From positions 3,776,001 to 3,840,000 of the forward strand of contig OY762926.1 in the NCBI GenBank assembly GCA_963666735.1: a stretch of DNA of 64,000 bases, read 5' to 3'. This DNA is from Gemmatimonadota bacterium (lineage in GTDB: Bacteria; Gemmatimonadota; Gemmatimonadetes; Palauibacterales; Palauibacteraceae). The notes beneath the pieces were generated by a model that saw nothing but the letters and a program-made list of their open reading frames with translations, searched no databases and had not been told where the DNA came from. Shown piece after piece: positions 45,397 through 55,667 of this stretch. A program made the translations under genes and the position numbers. Each line of letters begins with the position of its first letter. Position 1 is the first letter of the stretch.

Positions 45397-46548
45397 ATGG
45401 CGTCGTTTCGCATTCTGCTCGCGGGAGGCGGCACGGGCGGCCATCTGTATCCCGCCCTGCACCTGGCCTCGGCCTTCGGTCGGCTGGCTCCGGAAGTCGA
45501 ATGCGTGTTTCTGGGCGGACAGCGGGGGTTGGAGGCTCGCGTGCTGCCTGACGCGGGGTACGAGTTCCGGCTCCTGCCGCTGCAACCGCTGTACCGGCAG
45601 CGCGCGTGGCGAAACTGGCGTCTGTTTGCGTCGGCTCCGGCTGTCGTGGCCGGTGTGCGGCGCGCCTTCCGGGATTTCGATCCGGGGCTCGTCGTGGGCA
45701 CCGGGGGATACGTGGCGGGGCCCGCGTTGGCGGGAGCCCGTCTGCGGGGCGTCCCCACGGCGATTCAGGAACAGAACGCGGCTCCCGGGCTCGTGACGCG
45801 CCTGTTCTCGCCGAGCGTCGATCAGATCCACCTCGGATACCCCGAGGCCGAGGCTCGACTCAGGGTCGGGGGCCGCACGCGCCTGTTCGCCTTGGGGAAC
45901 CCGGTCGCGCCCGAGGTGGCCGAGGCGGCCGATCCCGGCGGCCCAGCCGGTTCGGTTACGGCCCGCTTTGATTGGCCGCGAGGCCAGAGCCTTCTCGTGT
46001 TCGGCGGGAGCCAGGGTGCGCTCGGCCTCAACCGCGCCTTTCTGCGGGACCTGGAATGGGCGGCGCGGGAGGGCTCGGCGTGGCCGGCCGGCGTCTCGGT
46101 CGTGTGGATCGCCGGACCGGCGCACGCGGCCGAACTCTCCGCGCGCACGTCGGAGCTTCCCTTCGCGGACCGCGTGCGCGTCGTGCCCTACATCGACGAC
46201 CTGGGCCGGCAGCTGGATGGCGTGACGCTGGCGCTGTGCCGGTCGGGCGCGATGTCGCTGGCCGAGCTGTGCGCCGCGGGCCGGCCGGCCGTGCTCGTGC
46301 CGCTCCCGACTTCGGCCGGGGGGCACCAATTGACGAACGCGCGGGCGCTGGCGGAGGCGGGCGCCGCGGAGGTTCGCGAGGAGGGGGGGCTCGAGCCCGG
46401 CGAGTTGTGGTCGCTCTGTCGCGATATCCTCACCGATGACGGGCGCCTGGCCCGGATGTCGGCGGCCGCCGCGAGCCGCGGCCGGCCGGGTGCGGCCCTC
46501 GACATCGCCCGTGAGATGCTCACGCTCCCTGATCGGTGCGCGGCATGA
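45397..46548 (+). CDS. murG: Lipid II GlcNAc transferase
   Basis: GGGTGGH.YP, GTGGY, EQN..PG, GNP, GGSQGA, RSGA, HQ..NA. Confidence 0.96.
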   Translation: MASFRILLAGGGTGGHLYPALHLASAFGRLAPEVECVFLGGQRGLEARVLPDAGYEFRLLPLQPLYRQRAWRNWRLFASAPAVVAGVRRAFRDFDPGLVVGTGGYVAGPALAGARLRGVPTAIQEQNAAPGLVTRLFSPSVDQIHLGYPEAEARLRVGGRTRLFALGNPVAPEVAEAADPGGPAGSVTARFDWPRGQSLLVFGGSQGALGLNRAFLRDLEWAAREGSAWPAGVSVVWIAGPAHAAELSARTSELPFADRVRVVPYIDDLGRQLDGVTLALCRSGAMSLAELCAAGRPAVLVPLPTSAGGHQLTNARALAEAGAAEVREEGGLEPGELWSLCRDILTDDGRLARMSAAAASRGRPGAALDIAREMLTLPDRCAA

Positions 46549-47963
46549 CCGGGGCGGTGGTGGGGGCGCCCCGTCGGGCGGGGACCGCGGATCTCCCGGC
46601 GCCCGGGGCGCACGTCCACCTGATGGGGATCGGCGGCGCCGGCATGCGCGGACTCGCCCTCCTCCTCGACCGTGCCGGCTACGTGGTGAGCGGGTGCGAC
46701 CGCGCCCCCTCGGACGCCCTCGGCGACCTCGCGGAGAACGAGATCCGGGTCGAGCGGGAGCACGCCCCGTCGCACGTGTCAGGGACCGATCTGCTGGTCC
46801 GAAGCTCGGCCGTGCCGGCCGACCAGCCCGAGGTCGTCGGAGCGGAAGTCGCCGGCATACCGGTGATGCGCAGGGCCCGGGCGCTCGGCGCCCTCCTCAA
46901 CGGGCAGGCGATGGTCGGGATAGCCGGGACGCACGGGAAGACGACGATCACGGCGATGACCGGGCACGCGGCGGCCGCGGCCGGGCTCGATCCCCTCGTC
47001 CTCGTCGGCGGACGGGTCGATGCGTGGAAGGGGTACACACGGCTGGGCGACGGCCCCGCCATCGTGGAAGCCGATGAATTCGACCGGTCGTTCCTCGAAC
47101 TGCATCCCACGCTTGCCGTGATCAGCTCGCTCGAACCCGAGCACCTCGACACCTACGGAGACTGGGAGCGTCTGCGCTCCGCGTTCGCCGAGTTCGCCGG
47201 GCGGACCCGGCGCGCCGAAGGGCTCATCTACTGCCACGACGACGAAGGCGCCCGCGGACTCGCGGAGGCGTCCGGGTTTTCCGGCTCGGGGCAGGGGTTC
47301 GGGTACGGTTTCGAGGACGGCGCCTGGTGCAGGCTCGAACAGGCGGGCCCGCGCACGCTGCGCCTCTCCTGGCCGGACGGAACGGCCGACGTGGCGCTCC
47401 GGGTGCCGGGGCGCCACAACCAGCTCAACGCCGCCGCGGCCTTCCTCGCCACGGTGCGGCTCGGCGGCGATCCGCGGGCGGCGGCGCGCGGGCTCCGCGA
47501 GTTTCGCGGCGTGGCGCGCCGACTCGAGATGATCGCGGCGTGGCCGGATCTCACGGTCTTCGACGACTACGCGCACCATCCGACCGAGGTCGCCGCGTCG
47601 CTCAGCGCCCTGCGGGAAGCGTATCCCGACGCCCGGCTGACGGTCGTCTTTCAGCCGCATCTGTTCACCCGGACGCGCGACTTTGCGGACGCGTTCGCCC
47701 GCGCCCTGAAGACTGCGGACGAAGCGCGCGTGCTTCCCATCTACGCCGCGCGCGAAGCGCCGCTCCCGGGCGTGACGTCGGAGTCGATCACCGGCGGGGC
47801 CGGCACGACCGCGGCGCTGATCGACCGGAAGGACGCGGTAGGTCTCGTTCCGCCGGAGGTCGGCGCCGAAGAGTCGGTGCTCGTCTTCATGGGCGCCGGC
47901 GATGTCACCGACCTCGCGCACGCGGCGGTCCAGCGGCGGGCGGGCGATGCGGTGGGAACGTGA
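46545..47963 (+). CDS. murC: UDP-MurNAc--L-Ala ligase
   Basis: GIGGAGM, AGTHGKTT, EADE.DRSF, DDYAHHPTE, FQPH..TRT, MGAG. Confidence 0.96.
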   Translation: MTGAVVGAPRRAGTADLPAPGAHVHLMGIGGAGMRGLALLLDRAGYVVSGCDRAPSDALGDLAENEIRVEREHAPSHVSGTDLLVRSSAVPADQPEVVGAEVAGIPVMRRARALGALLNGQAMVGIAGTHGKTTITAMTGHAAAAAGLDPLVLVGGRVDAWKGYTRLGDGPAIVEADEFDRSFLELHPTLAVISSLEPEHLDTYGDWERLRSAFAEFAGRTRRAEGLIYCHDDEGARGLAEASGFSGSGQGFGYGFEDGAWCRLEQAGPRTLRLSWPDGTADVALRVPGRHNQLNAAAAFLATVRLGGDPRAAARGLREFRGVARRLEMIAAWPDLTVFDDYAHHPTEVAASLSALREAYPDARLTVVFQPHLFTRTRDFADAFARALKTADEARVLPIYAAREAPLPGVTSESITGGAGTTAALIDRKDAVGLVPPEVGAEESVLVFMGAGDVTDLAHAAVQRRAGDAVGT

Positions 47964-48840
47964 TGTCCGGCTCGCGCCCCTGGTTCGCTACCGGATCGGC
48001 GGGCCGGCGGCCCGGCTCGCGCGGCCACGGTCGATCGCGGAACTGGACGCCGCGCTGCGCGAGACCTCGGGCCGCGGCTGCCGGGTGCTGGGGACCGGCG
48101 CGAACCTCCTCATCGGGGACGGCGGGGTGCCGGAGCCCGTCCTCGTCCTCGAGGGCGCTTTCGGAGCCGTCCGGGTCGGAGCGACGACCATCGAAGCCGG
48201 GGCCGGCGCCCGTCTGCCCGCCCTTGCCCAGGCCGCACGCCGCAACGGACGGTCCGGATTTCACTTCCTGGAGGCCGTCCCCGGCACCCTCGGTGGAGGC
48301 CTGCGGATGAACGCCGGATCGCGAGACGAGGGGCTCTGGGACCGGGTCGAGTGGGCGGAGGCCGTGACGCCGGAGGGCGAACTCGTCCGGGTTCGGCCCG
48401 AAGAGGCGCGGCCCGCGTACCGCCACGTGAGCGTGCCGGCCGACTGGGTGTTCGTGCGCGCGCGCCTCGAAGCGACGCCGGCCGAGGCCGAGGCCGTCCG
48501 CGAGGCGCACCTGAGTTTCCGCGAGCGAAAGGTCCGGGATCAGGTGTACGACCTGCCCTCGGTCGGATCGACGTGGAAGAACCCGGATCCGCCGCATCCT
48601 CCCGCCTGGAAGATCGTCGACCGCGTGGGAATGCGAGGGGCCCGGGTCGGGGGGGCGCAGATCCACGAACGGCACGCGAATTTCGTCGTCAATCTCGGTG
48701 CCGCGCGCGCTGCGGATGTGATCGAACTCATGGCGGAAACCCGCCGCCGCGCTCTGGCGCGTCTCCGCGTGGCGCTGGAGCCGGAGATCCATCTGTGGGG
48801 GTTCGATCCTCCGCAACTCGCTCGGGTGGGGGCCCCGTGA
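47947..48840 (+). CDS. murB: UDP-N-acetylmuramate dehydrogenase
   Basis: IGGPA, G.G.NLL, PGTLGG...MNAG, PS.GS..KNP, HANF, LEPE. Confidence 0.93.
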   Translation: MRWERDVRLAPLVRYRIGGPAARLARPRSIAELDAALRETSGRGCRVLGTGANLLIGDGGVPEPVLVLEGAFGAVRVGATTIEAGAGARLPALAQAARRNGRSGFHFLEAVPGTLGGGLRMNAGSRDEGLWDRVEWAEAVTPEGELVRVRPEEARPAYRHVSVPADWVFVRARLEATPAEAEAVREAHLSFRERKVRDQVYDLPSVGSTWKNPDPPHPPAWKIVDRVGMRGARVGGAQIHERHANFVVNLGAARAADVIELMAETRRRALARLRVALEPEIHLWGFDPPQLARVGAP

Positions 48841-49658
48841 TCGCCCCCCTGTGGGAGCCCGATGAACTCGCCGCGCCGTCGCCTCCCGAACGCGAGGAAC
48901 GCAGGGTGCCGCGCTCGGGGCGCATCACGCGCCGCGGACGCCGGAGGCTCCTCCTGGGCCTGATGGTCGCCTCGATCGGCTTTTCCGTCCCCATCTGGCT
49001 GCCGCGGCTGCTCGCGACGCTGCCCGCATTTCACATCTCGGAAGTCCGCGTGATCGGGACCGAGCACATTTCGCCCGACGAGATCACGGGACTTGCCGCC
49101 GTCGCTCCGGACGCGTCCGTGTGGGATGATCCCGCGACATGGGAAGCGCGCGTCCGGGTCCATCCCATGGTTCGCGAGGCCACGGCCCGGCGAGAGGGCT
49201 TCCATACCCTCGAAATCGCCGTCGTAGAGCGGCGTGCGGTCGCGCTCGTGGCGACGCCCGAACTGCGTCCCGTGAGCGGGGATGGCTACGTGTTGCCGCT
49301 CGAACCCTCTTACGCGTCGCTCGACCTGCCGATCGTCCAGGGCCCGGTCGAGATGGAGAGCGGTTTCGTGACGGACCCGGAAACGCGAGAACTCATCTCC
49401 GCGCTGGCGCGCATGGATCGCACGCGGAGCGACTTCATGTCCCTCGTCTCCGAAGTCGGGCCGGCGGCGGAGGGCGGATACCGTTTCCTGCTCCTCTCCG
49501 GCGCCGGTGCGGAGGTCGTGCTTCTGCCGCGCGATCAGCCCCTGCGCGCCCTCGACCGGGTATCGATCGCGCTCGGCCAGATCGAGGATCGACGCGTCGC
49601 ACGTGCAGACGCGCGTTTCAGGGGCCAGGTTGTACTGACGCGCGTGGAGGAGCGATGA
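48837..49658 (+). CDS. ftsQ: Cell division protein FtsQ/DivIB
   Basis: Single TM, POTRA-like domain, C-terminal D.RF..QVV; position before ftsA. Confidence 0.85.
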   Translation: MIAPLWEPDELAAPSPPEREERRVPRSGRITRRGRRRLLLGLMVASIGFSVPIWLPRLLATLPAFHISEVRVIGTEHISPDEITGLAAVAPDASVWDDPATWEARVRVHPMVREATARREGFHTLEIAVVERRAVALVATPELRPVSGDGYVLPLEPSYASLDLPIVQGPVEMESGFVTDPETRELISALARMDRTRSDFMSLVSEVGPAAEGGYRFLLLSGAGAEVVLLPRDQPLRALDRVSIALGQIEDRRVARADARFRGQVVLTRVEER

Positions 49659-50881
49659 TTCAGGGGGCGGGCATTGTCGGGGTGGATGTGGGATCGACCA
49701 AGACCTGTGCGGTCGCCGCCGCCGTGCATCCCGGCCGCAAACCCACCGACCCGCTCGACATTCTCGGCCTTGGCGTCACGCGCTCCGATGGCATGAACGG
49801 CCCGAACATCGGGAATCTCGAGGCCGCGACCCGGGCCGTTCGCACAGCCGTCAGACAGGCGGAAGCCACGGCCGGTCGCGAAGTCGAAGCCGCCTACGTG
49901 AGCGTGCCGAGCGGAAGCGTCCGGACATCCCGATCGAAGGGCGTACTTCAGGTCTCCGGCTCGGAGGTCACGCCCGCCCACGTCAAGCGCGTGCAGGAAG
50001 TGGGCCGGGCCGTCCCGATCCCGCCGGGCCACGAATTGATACACGCCCTGTCCCAGCGGTACACCGTCGACCATCGTGACGGCATCCGCGACCCCATGGG
50101 CATGGCCGGAGACCGTCTCGAGGCGGACCTCTGCATCGTGACGGCCGACGTGGCGGTCTGTCAGGACCTCTCGAAGGTCGTCGACCGCGCGGGATACCGG
50201 CCGGACGAGCTGGTCATGGCTCCGCTGGCCACTGCGCTCGCCGTGCTCCAGGATGCCGAGCGCGAGGCCGGCGTGGCGTTGGTCGAGATCGGAGGGGCGA
50301 CGACCGATGTCCTCGTGTACGAAGGACACCGCATCCGGCACGCGGCGACGCTGCCGTGGGGCGGATCGATCGTGACGCGGGATGTCGCCCGGGGCCTTGG
50401 GGTTCAGGAAGACGAGGCCGCGCAACTCAAGGAGCGACACGGCGGAGCGCTGCGCGACGCCGCCGGTTCCCAGGAACTACTCGACGTCTCCGGGGCTCGC
50501 CACGGACGCGCTCGACGTGTGTCGCGCGAACTGCTGCTGCACATTATCGAACAACGGCTGGACGAGATCCTGGGACTGGTATACGAGGAACTGGAGGCGA
50601 GCGGAACGCTGCGCGGACTCGATGCGGGGATCGTGCTGAGCGGCGGCGGCGTCTCGCTCGCGCACACGGAAGATCTGGCGCGATCGGTCTTCAACCTGCC
50701 CGTTCGCACCGGGATTCCTTCACTCGGCCTCACGGGCATGGCGGAGAGTGTCGCGCGTCCGTCGTACAGCACTGCCGTGGGGCTGGTACTGTACGGTGCG
50801 TCGCGGGCCTCGGCCGGAGGGTTGGTGGGAGCGACCCGCGCCTTCACAAGAGTCGGCGGGTGGCTACGGGAGTTTTTCTGA
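49655..50881 (+). CDS. ftsA: Cell division protein FtsA
   Basis: DVGSTK, P.GM.G.RLE, IGG.TTD, GG...T.D, LSGGG, amphipathic WLREFF end. Confidence 0.95.
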   Translation: MIQGAGIVGVDVGSTKTCAVAAAVHPGRKPTDPLDILGLGVTRSDGMNGPNIGNLEAATRAVRTAVRQAEATAGREVEAAYVSVPSGSVRTSRSKGVLQVSGSEVTPAHVKRVQEVGRAVPIPPGHELIHALSQRYTVDHRDGIRDPMGMAGDRLEADLCIVTADVAVCQDLSKVVDRAGYRPDELVMAPLATALAVLQDAEREAGVALVEIGGATTDVLVYEGHRIRHAATLPWGGSIVTRDVARGLGVQEDEAAQLKERHGGALRDAAGSQELLDVSGARHGRARRVSRELLLHIIEQRLDEILGLVYEELEASGTLRGLDAGIVLSGGGVSLAHTEDLARSVFNLPVRTGIPSLGLTGMAESVARPSYSTAVGLVLYGASRASAGGLVGATRAFTRVGGWLREFF

Positions 50882-50898
50882 CGGGAGGAAGGGGACAC

Positions 50899-52401
50899 AT
50901 GGTCTTCGCATTCGACGAAAATGGCGTGCGTAACGCGAAAATGAAGGTCGTCGGCGTGGGTGGCGCCGGCGGCAACGCGGTCAACCGCATGATCGACGAG
51001 GAACTCGACGGCGTGGAGTTCATCGCGGTCAACACCGACGCCCAGGCGTTGAAGGAATCCGGCGCCCACCTCAGAGTCCAGATCGGGAAGGAACTCACGC
51101 GAGGCCTGGGGGCCGGCGCCCGTCCCGAGATCGGACGGCAGGCGATGTCCGAGAGTGCCGAAGAGATACGATCGTCGATCGAGGGCGCGGATCTCATCTT
51201 CGTCACGGCGGGGATGGGCGGAGGTACCGGCACGGGGGCGGCCCCGATCATCGGCGGCATGGCACGGGAAATGGGGTCGCTCTGCATCGCGATCGTGACC
51301 CGCCCCTTCCACTTCGAGGGCAGGAAGAGGATGCGGTACGCCGAGATCGGGCTGCGGGAGCTTCGGCGCGCGGTGGACACGATGATCGTCGTGCCGAATG
51401 AGCGTCTGCTCGCGGTCGTAGGAAAGGAGATGACCTTCCGCCAGGCGCTCAAGAAAGCGGACGAAGTACTCCTCCAGGCGACCCAGGGAATCTCCGACCT
51501 GATCTCCGTAACCGGCGAAGTGAACGTGGACTTCGCGGACGTTCGCACGGTCATGTCGAACCGCGGGGCCGCCCTCATGGGAACCGGAAGCGCAACGGGC
51601 GAGGATCGGGCCGTGGAGGCGGCGCAGGAGGCCATTTGCTCGCCCCTGCTAGACAACGTATCCATCAACGGTGCCACGGGCGTCCTCATCAACATCAGCG
51701 GCGGCCCGGACCTGACGATCGACGAGGTCACGACGGTCAACTCGATCATCCAGGAGGCCGCGGACGACGAGGGCGAGATGATCTTCGGAGTCGTGCATGA
51801 TCCTCAGCTCGAGGGCAAGCTCCGCGTGACGGTGATCGCGACGGGCTTCGAGGACGTGGAGGAGGACGAGCCGGGACCAGTGGCGGAGAGGGTGATCTCT
51901 GCGGGTAGGCCGCCGTCCCCGCCTCGCTCGGCCCCGGTGGTCATCGGATCGAGGTACGCGGGCCCGCGCGTGGTCGATGATCGCTCGGCGACGCCCGCGC
52001 AACCGGAGCCCGAACCCGTCGAGGCCCCCGAGGTGAAGCGGGCGGACATCGCGTTCGAAGCGCTCGCGGCGGAGGAGCCGACGGCGGAGCCCGCGTTCGA
52101 GCCGCCGCCGGAGACCGCGATCGAAGCCGCGGTGGCATCGGCTCCGGAAGCTGAGTCGGAAGCTGCGCCGGAAGCTGAGTCGGAAGCTGCGCCGGAACCT
52201 GCGCTTGAGCAGTCGGCGTCGGATGGATCGCTGCGCGACGGGGCGGGGTACGAAGCGGAACCGGCGGCACCGGAGACGGCGGCCGAAGAAGCGACGCCCG
52301 ACGTGGAGCCCGGAGTACCGGGCCGCGACTTGTGGACCGACGCCCGCGTCGAGTTCGAGGATCTCGAGATCCCGACCTTCATACGGCGACAGATGGACTG
52401 A
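50899..52401 (+). CDS. ftsZ: Cell division protein FtsZ with long acidic linker
   Basis: [35 protein letters not shown]-terminal [11 protein letters not shown]. Confidence 0.98.
   Translation: MVFAFDENGVRNAKMKVVGVGGAGGNAVNRMIDEELDGVEFIAVNTDAQALKESGAHLRVQIGKELTRGLGAGARPEIGRQAMSESAEEIRSSIEGADLIFVTAGMGGGTGTGAAPIIGGMAREMGSLCIAIVTRPFHFEGRKRMRYAEIGLRELRRAVDTMIVVPNERLLAVVGKEMTFRQALKKADEVLLQATQGISDLISVTGEVNVDFADVRTVMSNRGAALMGTGSATGEDRAVEAAQEAICSPLLDNVSINGATGVLINISGGPDLTIDEVTTVNSIIQEAADDEGEMIFGVVHDPQLEGKLRVTVIATGFEDVEEDEPGPVAERVISAGRPPSPPRSAPVVIGSRYAGPRVVDDRSATPAQPEPEPVEAPEVKRADIAFEALAAEEPTAEPAFEPPPETAIEAAVASAPEAESEAAPEAESEAAPEPALEQSASDGSLRDGAGYEAEPAAPETAAEEATPDVEPGVPGRDLWTDARVEFEDLEIPTFIRRQMD
52144..52197 (+). 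repeat. Perfect in-frame 24-bp tandem duplication in the ftsZ linker
   Basis: CCGGAAGCTGAGTCGGAAGCTGCG x2 plus CCGGAA. Confidence 0.9.
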
Positions 52402-52407
52402 GCGCGC

Positions 52408-53691
52408 TTGAGAACAAGACTCGCTACTGCGGTTGCATTCGCCCTCGCGGGGGTTCTGACCCTTGGTTGGGCCGCATTCGGCCCGCGGGCCGGGCGGACG
52501 GAGGACGTCAAGGTCGTCGAAGTGCCGACGCCGCCTGCGCCCATCACCCTCGTGCATCGTCTTCAGCGGGGCGAGACGCTGGGGGATGTGTTCGAGGACC
52601 ATGGTCTGAATCCCGCCGCGACGCACGCCATCGCGGAAGCGATGGGCGAATTCGAGAGTCCACGCCGGCTGCGGCCGGGCGTCGCGATTCACTTCGTGCG
52701 CAGACCCGGTGAATCTCCGGCGCGCATCCGTGTCGACCTGGACCCCGACCGCATCCTCCATCTGTGGTCCGGCGACGAAGCCGGGCCGTTGTGGTCGGCG
52801 CGACTGGATTCGGTACAGGTGGTACGGGACACGCTCCTCCTGGCGGGTCTCATCCAGTCGAACCTGTTCGACGCCGAGTTGTCGGGCGACGTGGAGGCGC
52901 TCGGCGACGGGGATCGCTTCGATGTGCCGTACCGGATCGCGCAGGTCTTCGCGTGGCAGATCGATTTCTGGCGGGATCTGCGGCGAAATGACGCATACCG
53001 GCTTCTCATCGAGCGCGAAGTGCGGCCCGATGGATCCGTGCGCGACGCCAGGGTGCTCGCGGTGGATTTCCGGAACGACCGGCGGGTCCTCACGGGCGTG
53101 CGATTCGAGCACGCCGCGGCCGAGCGCGTCGAGTATTACGACGAAGCGGGCGAGGCCCTCCGGGGTCAGTTTCTGCTCGCGCCCCTGGACATCGCCCGCG
53201 TGACGAGCGGCTTCAACCTCAGGCGGTTCCACCCGGTGCTCCGGCGCACCCGACCGCATCTCGGCGTCGACTACGGGGCGGCGAGGGGCACGCCCGTGCG
53301 CGCAACGGGAGCGGGGCGCGTGACCCGGGCAGGGTCGTGGAGCACCTACGGGAACGCCGTCGAGATTCGTCACGCGAACAATATCCGCACCCGATATGCG
53401 CACCTCGCCAACGTGGCGCGCGGCGTCGCGACGGGGACTCGGGTGGAACAGGGGCAGGTCATCGGGTATGTGGGCGCCACTGGTCTCGCGACCGCGCCTC
53501 ATCTGCACTATGAGTTTCTCCGGAATGGCGCGCAGGTGAACCCGGCCCGTCTGCGGTTGCCCAGCGCCGAGCCGGTCCCCGCTGAGCTGCGCGAATCGTT
53601 TGCGGCGGTTCGGCATGCCGTGCTGGCGCGGTTGCGAAGCCTTCCGCTGCCTATCCATCCCACCCAGCGCCCTCGCCGCACACAGGATTGA
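52408..53691 (+). CDS. M23 family peptidoglycan DD-endopeptidase (MepM-like)
   Basis: N-terminal TM, R.HPV..R.HLGVDY (HxxxD), YAHL, GYVG.TG.AT.PHLHYE. Confidence 0.92.
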   Translation: MRTRLATAVAFALAGVLTLGWAAFGPRAGRTEDVKVVEVPTPPAPITLVHRLQRGETLGDVFEDHGLNPAATHAIAEAMGEFESPRRLRPGVAIHFVRRPGESPARIRVDLDPDRILHLWSGDEAGPLWSARLDSVQVVRDTLLLAGLIQSNLFDAELSGDVEALGDGDRFDVPYRIAQVFAWQIDFWRDLRRNDAYRLLIEREVRPDGSVRDARVLAVDFRNDRRVLTGVRFEHAAAERVEYYDEAGEALRGQFLLAPLDIARVTSGFNLRRFHPVLRRTRPHLGVDYGAARGTPVRATGAGRVTRAGSWSTYGNAVEIRHANNIRTRYAHLANVARGVATGTRVEQGQVIGYVGATGLATAPHLHYEFLRNGAQVNPARLRLPSAEPVPAELRESFAAVRHAVLARLRSLPLPIHPTQRPRRTQD

Positions 53692-55667
53692 ACCCCGGCC
53701 TCTGGGTCCTCGTCGTGCTGGGCGCCGTCGCACTCGCCGGCTGGGCCTACGGCATGCGCGAGGAGCGTGTCGCGGGGCGCGCGGGTCCCGCCGCCGTCCG
53801 GGCGGCGGCCGTCTTCCTGATTCTGGGCGCCCTCGCGCTGCCCGCGCTGCGCGACAGCGGTGTCGGCGTGCCCGAACGCGTGGTGCTGCTCGACGTCTCG
53901 CGCAGCATGACGCTCCCGGTTCACGCCGGAGATGCCGGGGGGTCGACGCGGCTCGACTCGGCCCTGGCCCTGCTTCCCGAGCTCGCTCCTGATCGGGTTT
54001 ACCTGTTTGGAGACCGCCCCGTCCCCGCCCGACTCGATTCGCTGGACACGCTTGGCGCGGGGCACGACGCGAGCCGGCTCGAACCGGCCCTGCAGGCCGC
54101 GCGCCTGGGCGGAGCCGACAGCGTCTGGGTGCTCACCGACGGCGAACTCACGGATCGCGATGCCGCCCGTGAGACGGCTCAGGGGCTGGGGCTCGGGGTG
54201 CGTGAACTCCGCGTCGCCGCCATCGAGCCCCGCGTGGCGCTCGCGGCGCTGCGGGCGCCGGAGCGGACCCGGGTGGGCGATACCGTCCGCGCCACGCTGG
54301 AGTTTCATGCCGGCGGGGGCTCCGGTGGGGGCTCGGGAGGCGGATCCGGCGGCGGGAGCGAGTTGCCCGACAGCGTGAGCTTCCAGCTCGAGCGTGAGGG
54401 CACGGTCGTCACGACCATGCGGGCGCCCCGTCCCGCTCCCGGCCGGACGGGCCGCGCTCAAATCGCCTTCGTGCCGCGGGACGAAGGCGCCCGGCCCGCG
54501 TGGCGACGCTACGAAGCCGTGCTCACCGATCCGCCGGATCCCTTCGGCGTCTCCGGTCGGGCGGGCGCCTGGATCGAGGTCTCGGAAGCCTCCGCCGGGG
54601 CCGTGCTCGTGTCGCTGACTCCCGACTGGGAGGCGCGTTTCCTCGTGCCCGCCCTCGACCGGCTCGTGCTGGGAGGCGCGCGCGGCTATCTGCGCCTCGC
54701 CGATGACCGCTTTCTCGAGATGGGTGCCGGGCCCCGCATCGTCGAGGCGTCCCGGGTACGGGAAGCGGTACGGGGCGCCCGGCTGCTCGCCGTCCAGGCC
54801 GCCCCGGAGGATCTCCCGCCGTGGCTGGCCGGCGCGCTGAGGGCGCACGCGCGGACGCTCTTCCTCGCGGGCGGGCCGGGTGACGTGCCGGGAGTGGGAG
54901 TGCGCGTGACGGGTCCCCTGCCCGGGGAGTGGTACCCCGCCGGGCCGGTGCCGGCGAGCCCCTCGGCGGCGCTCCTCGCCGAGGCCGACCTGGATCTCCT
55001 GCCCCCCGTCCGCGAACTCTATGCCGTGGAGCCCGCCGGGAGATGGTCGGTGATCAACGCGAGCCGGAACCGGCGCGGCGAGGGGAGGCCGCTCCTCGCG
55101 GCGGGCGAAGATGGGACGCGCAGGTGGGCGCTCTCCGCGGCTTCCGACTGGTGGCGCTGGTCGCTGCGGGGGGATGAGCCGCGCAGGGTCTACGAGGGCG
55201 TGTTCAGCGGCATCGTCGGCTGGCTCGTCGAGGACGCCACGCCCCGGCTCGCCTCGCTCGCGCGGATGCCGGCGCCGGGCGAGCCGCCGGTGTGGCGCAT
55301 CCGCCCCGGGTCTTCCGACCTCACGATCCGGCTGCTCGATGAGACGGGCGCGGAAGTGTGGAACGAATCCGTGGCGGATCCTCCGGCCGAGGTCGTGGGT
55401 CCCGCTCTCCCGCTGGGTCGCTACGAGGCTCTGGTGACGGCGACCGGCCCCGAGGGATCCGTCGAACTCCGCCGGCCCGTCGACGTCGAACCCGATCCAC
55501 GCGAGTTTCTCCCCGGGCCCCCGTCCGAACCGCTGGCGATCGAAGCGCAGCCCTCTCCCCGGCCGCCGGCCGAAGTCCGGTCGCCCCGGCCCGTGTGGCC
55601 GTTCCTCCTCGCCGTTCTGCTCCTGTGCGGGGAGTGGGTGTGGCGGCACAGGATCGGACTCCGGTGA
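53688..55667 (+). CDS. Membrane-anchored vWA-like domain protein
   Basis: Two N-terminal TMs, LLDVSRSM (DxSxS), VLTDG, WWRW, C-terminal TM ending EW.WR; overlaps both neighbours by 4 bp. Confidence 0.75.
   Translation: MNPGLWVLVVLGAVALAGWAYGMREERVAGRAGPAAVRAAAVFLILGALALPALRDSGVGVPERVVLLDVSRSMTLPVHAGDAGGSTRLDSALALLPELAPDRVYLFGDRPVPARLDSLDTLGAGHDASRLEPALQAARLGGADSVWVLTDGELTDRDAARETAQGLGLGVRELRVAAIEPRVALAALRAPERTRVGDTVRATLEFHAGGGSGGGSGGGSGGGSELPDSVSFQLEREGTVVTTMRAPRPAPGRTGRAQIAFVPRDEGARPAWRRYEAVLTDPPDPFGVSGRAGAWIEVSEASAGAVLVSLTPDWEARFLVPALDRLVLGGARGYLRLADDRFLEMGAGPRIVEASRVREAVRGARLLAVQAAPEDLPPWLAGALRAHARTLFLAGGPGDVPGVGVRVTGPLPGEWYPAGPVPASPSAALLAEADLDLLPPVRELYAVEPAGRWSVINASRNRRGEGRPLLAAGEDGTRRWALSAASDWWRWSLRGDEPRRVYEGVFSGIVGWLVEDATPRLASLARMPAPGEPPVWRIRPGSSDLTIRLLDETGAEVWNESVADPPAEVVGPALPLGRYEALVTATGPEGSVELRRPVDVEPDPREFLPGPPSEPLAIEAQPSPRPPAEVRSPRPVWPFLLAVLLLCGEWVWRHRIGLR

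Noticed and set aside
54312..54359. (GGGS)x4 as a sign of a synthetic linker
   Set aside because: Lies in-frame in an ordinary chromosomal gene with no vector or tag sequence nearby; fits the local duplication pattern
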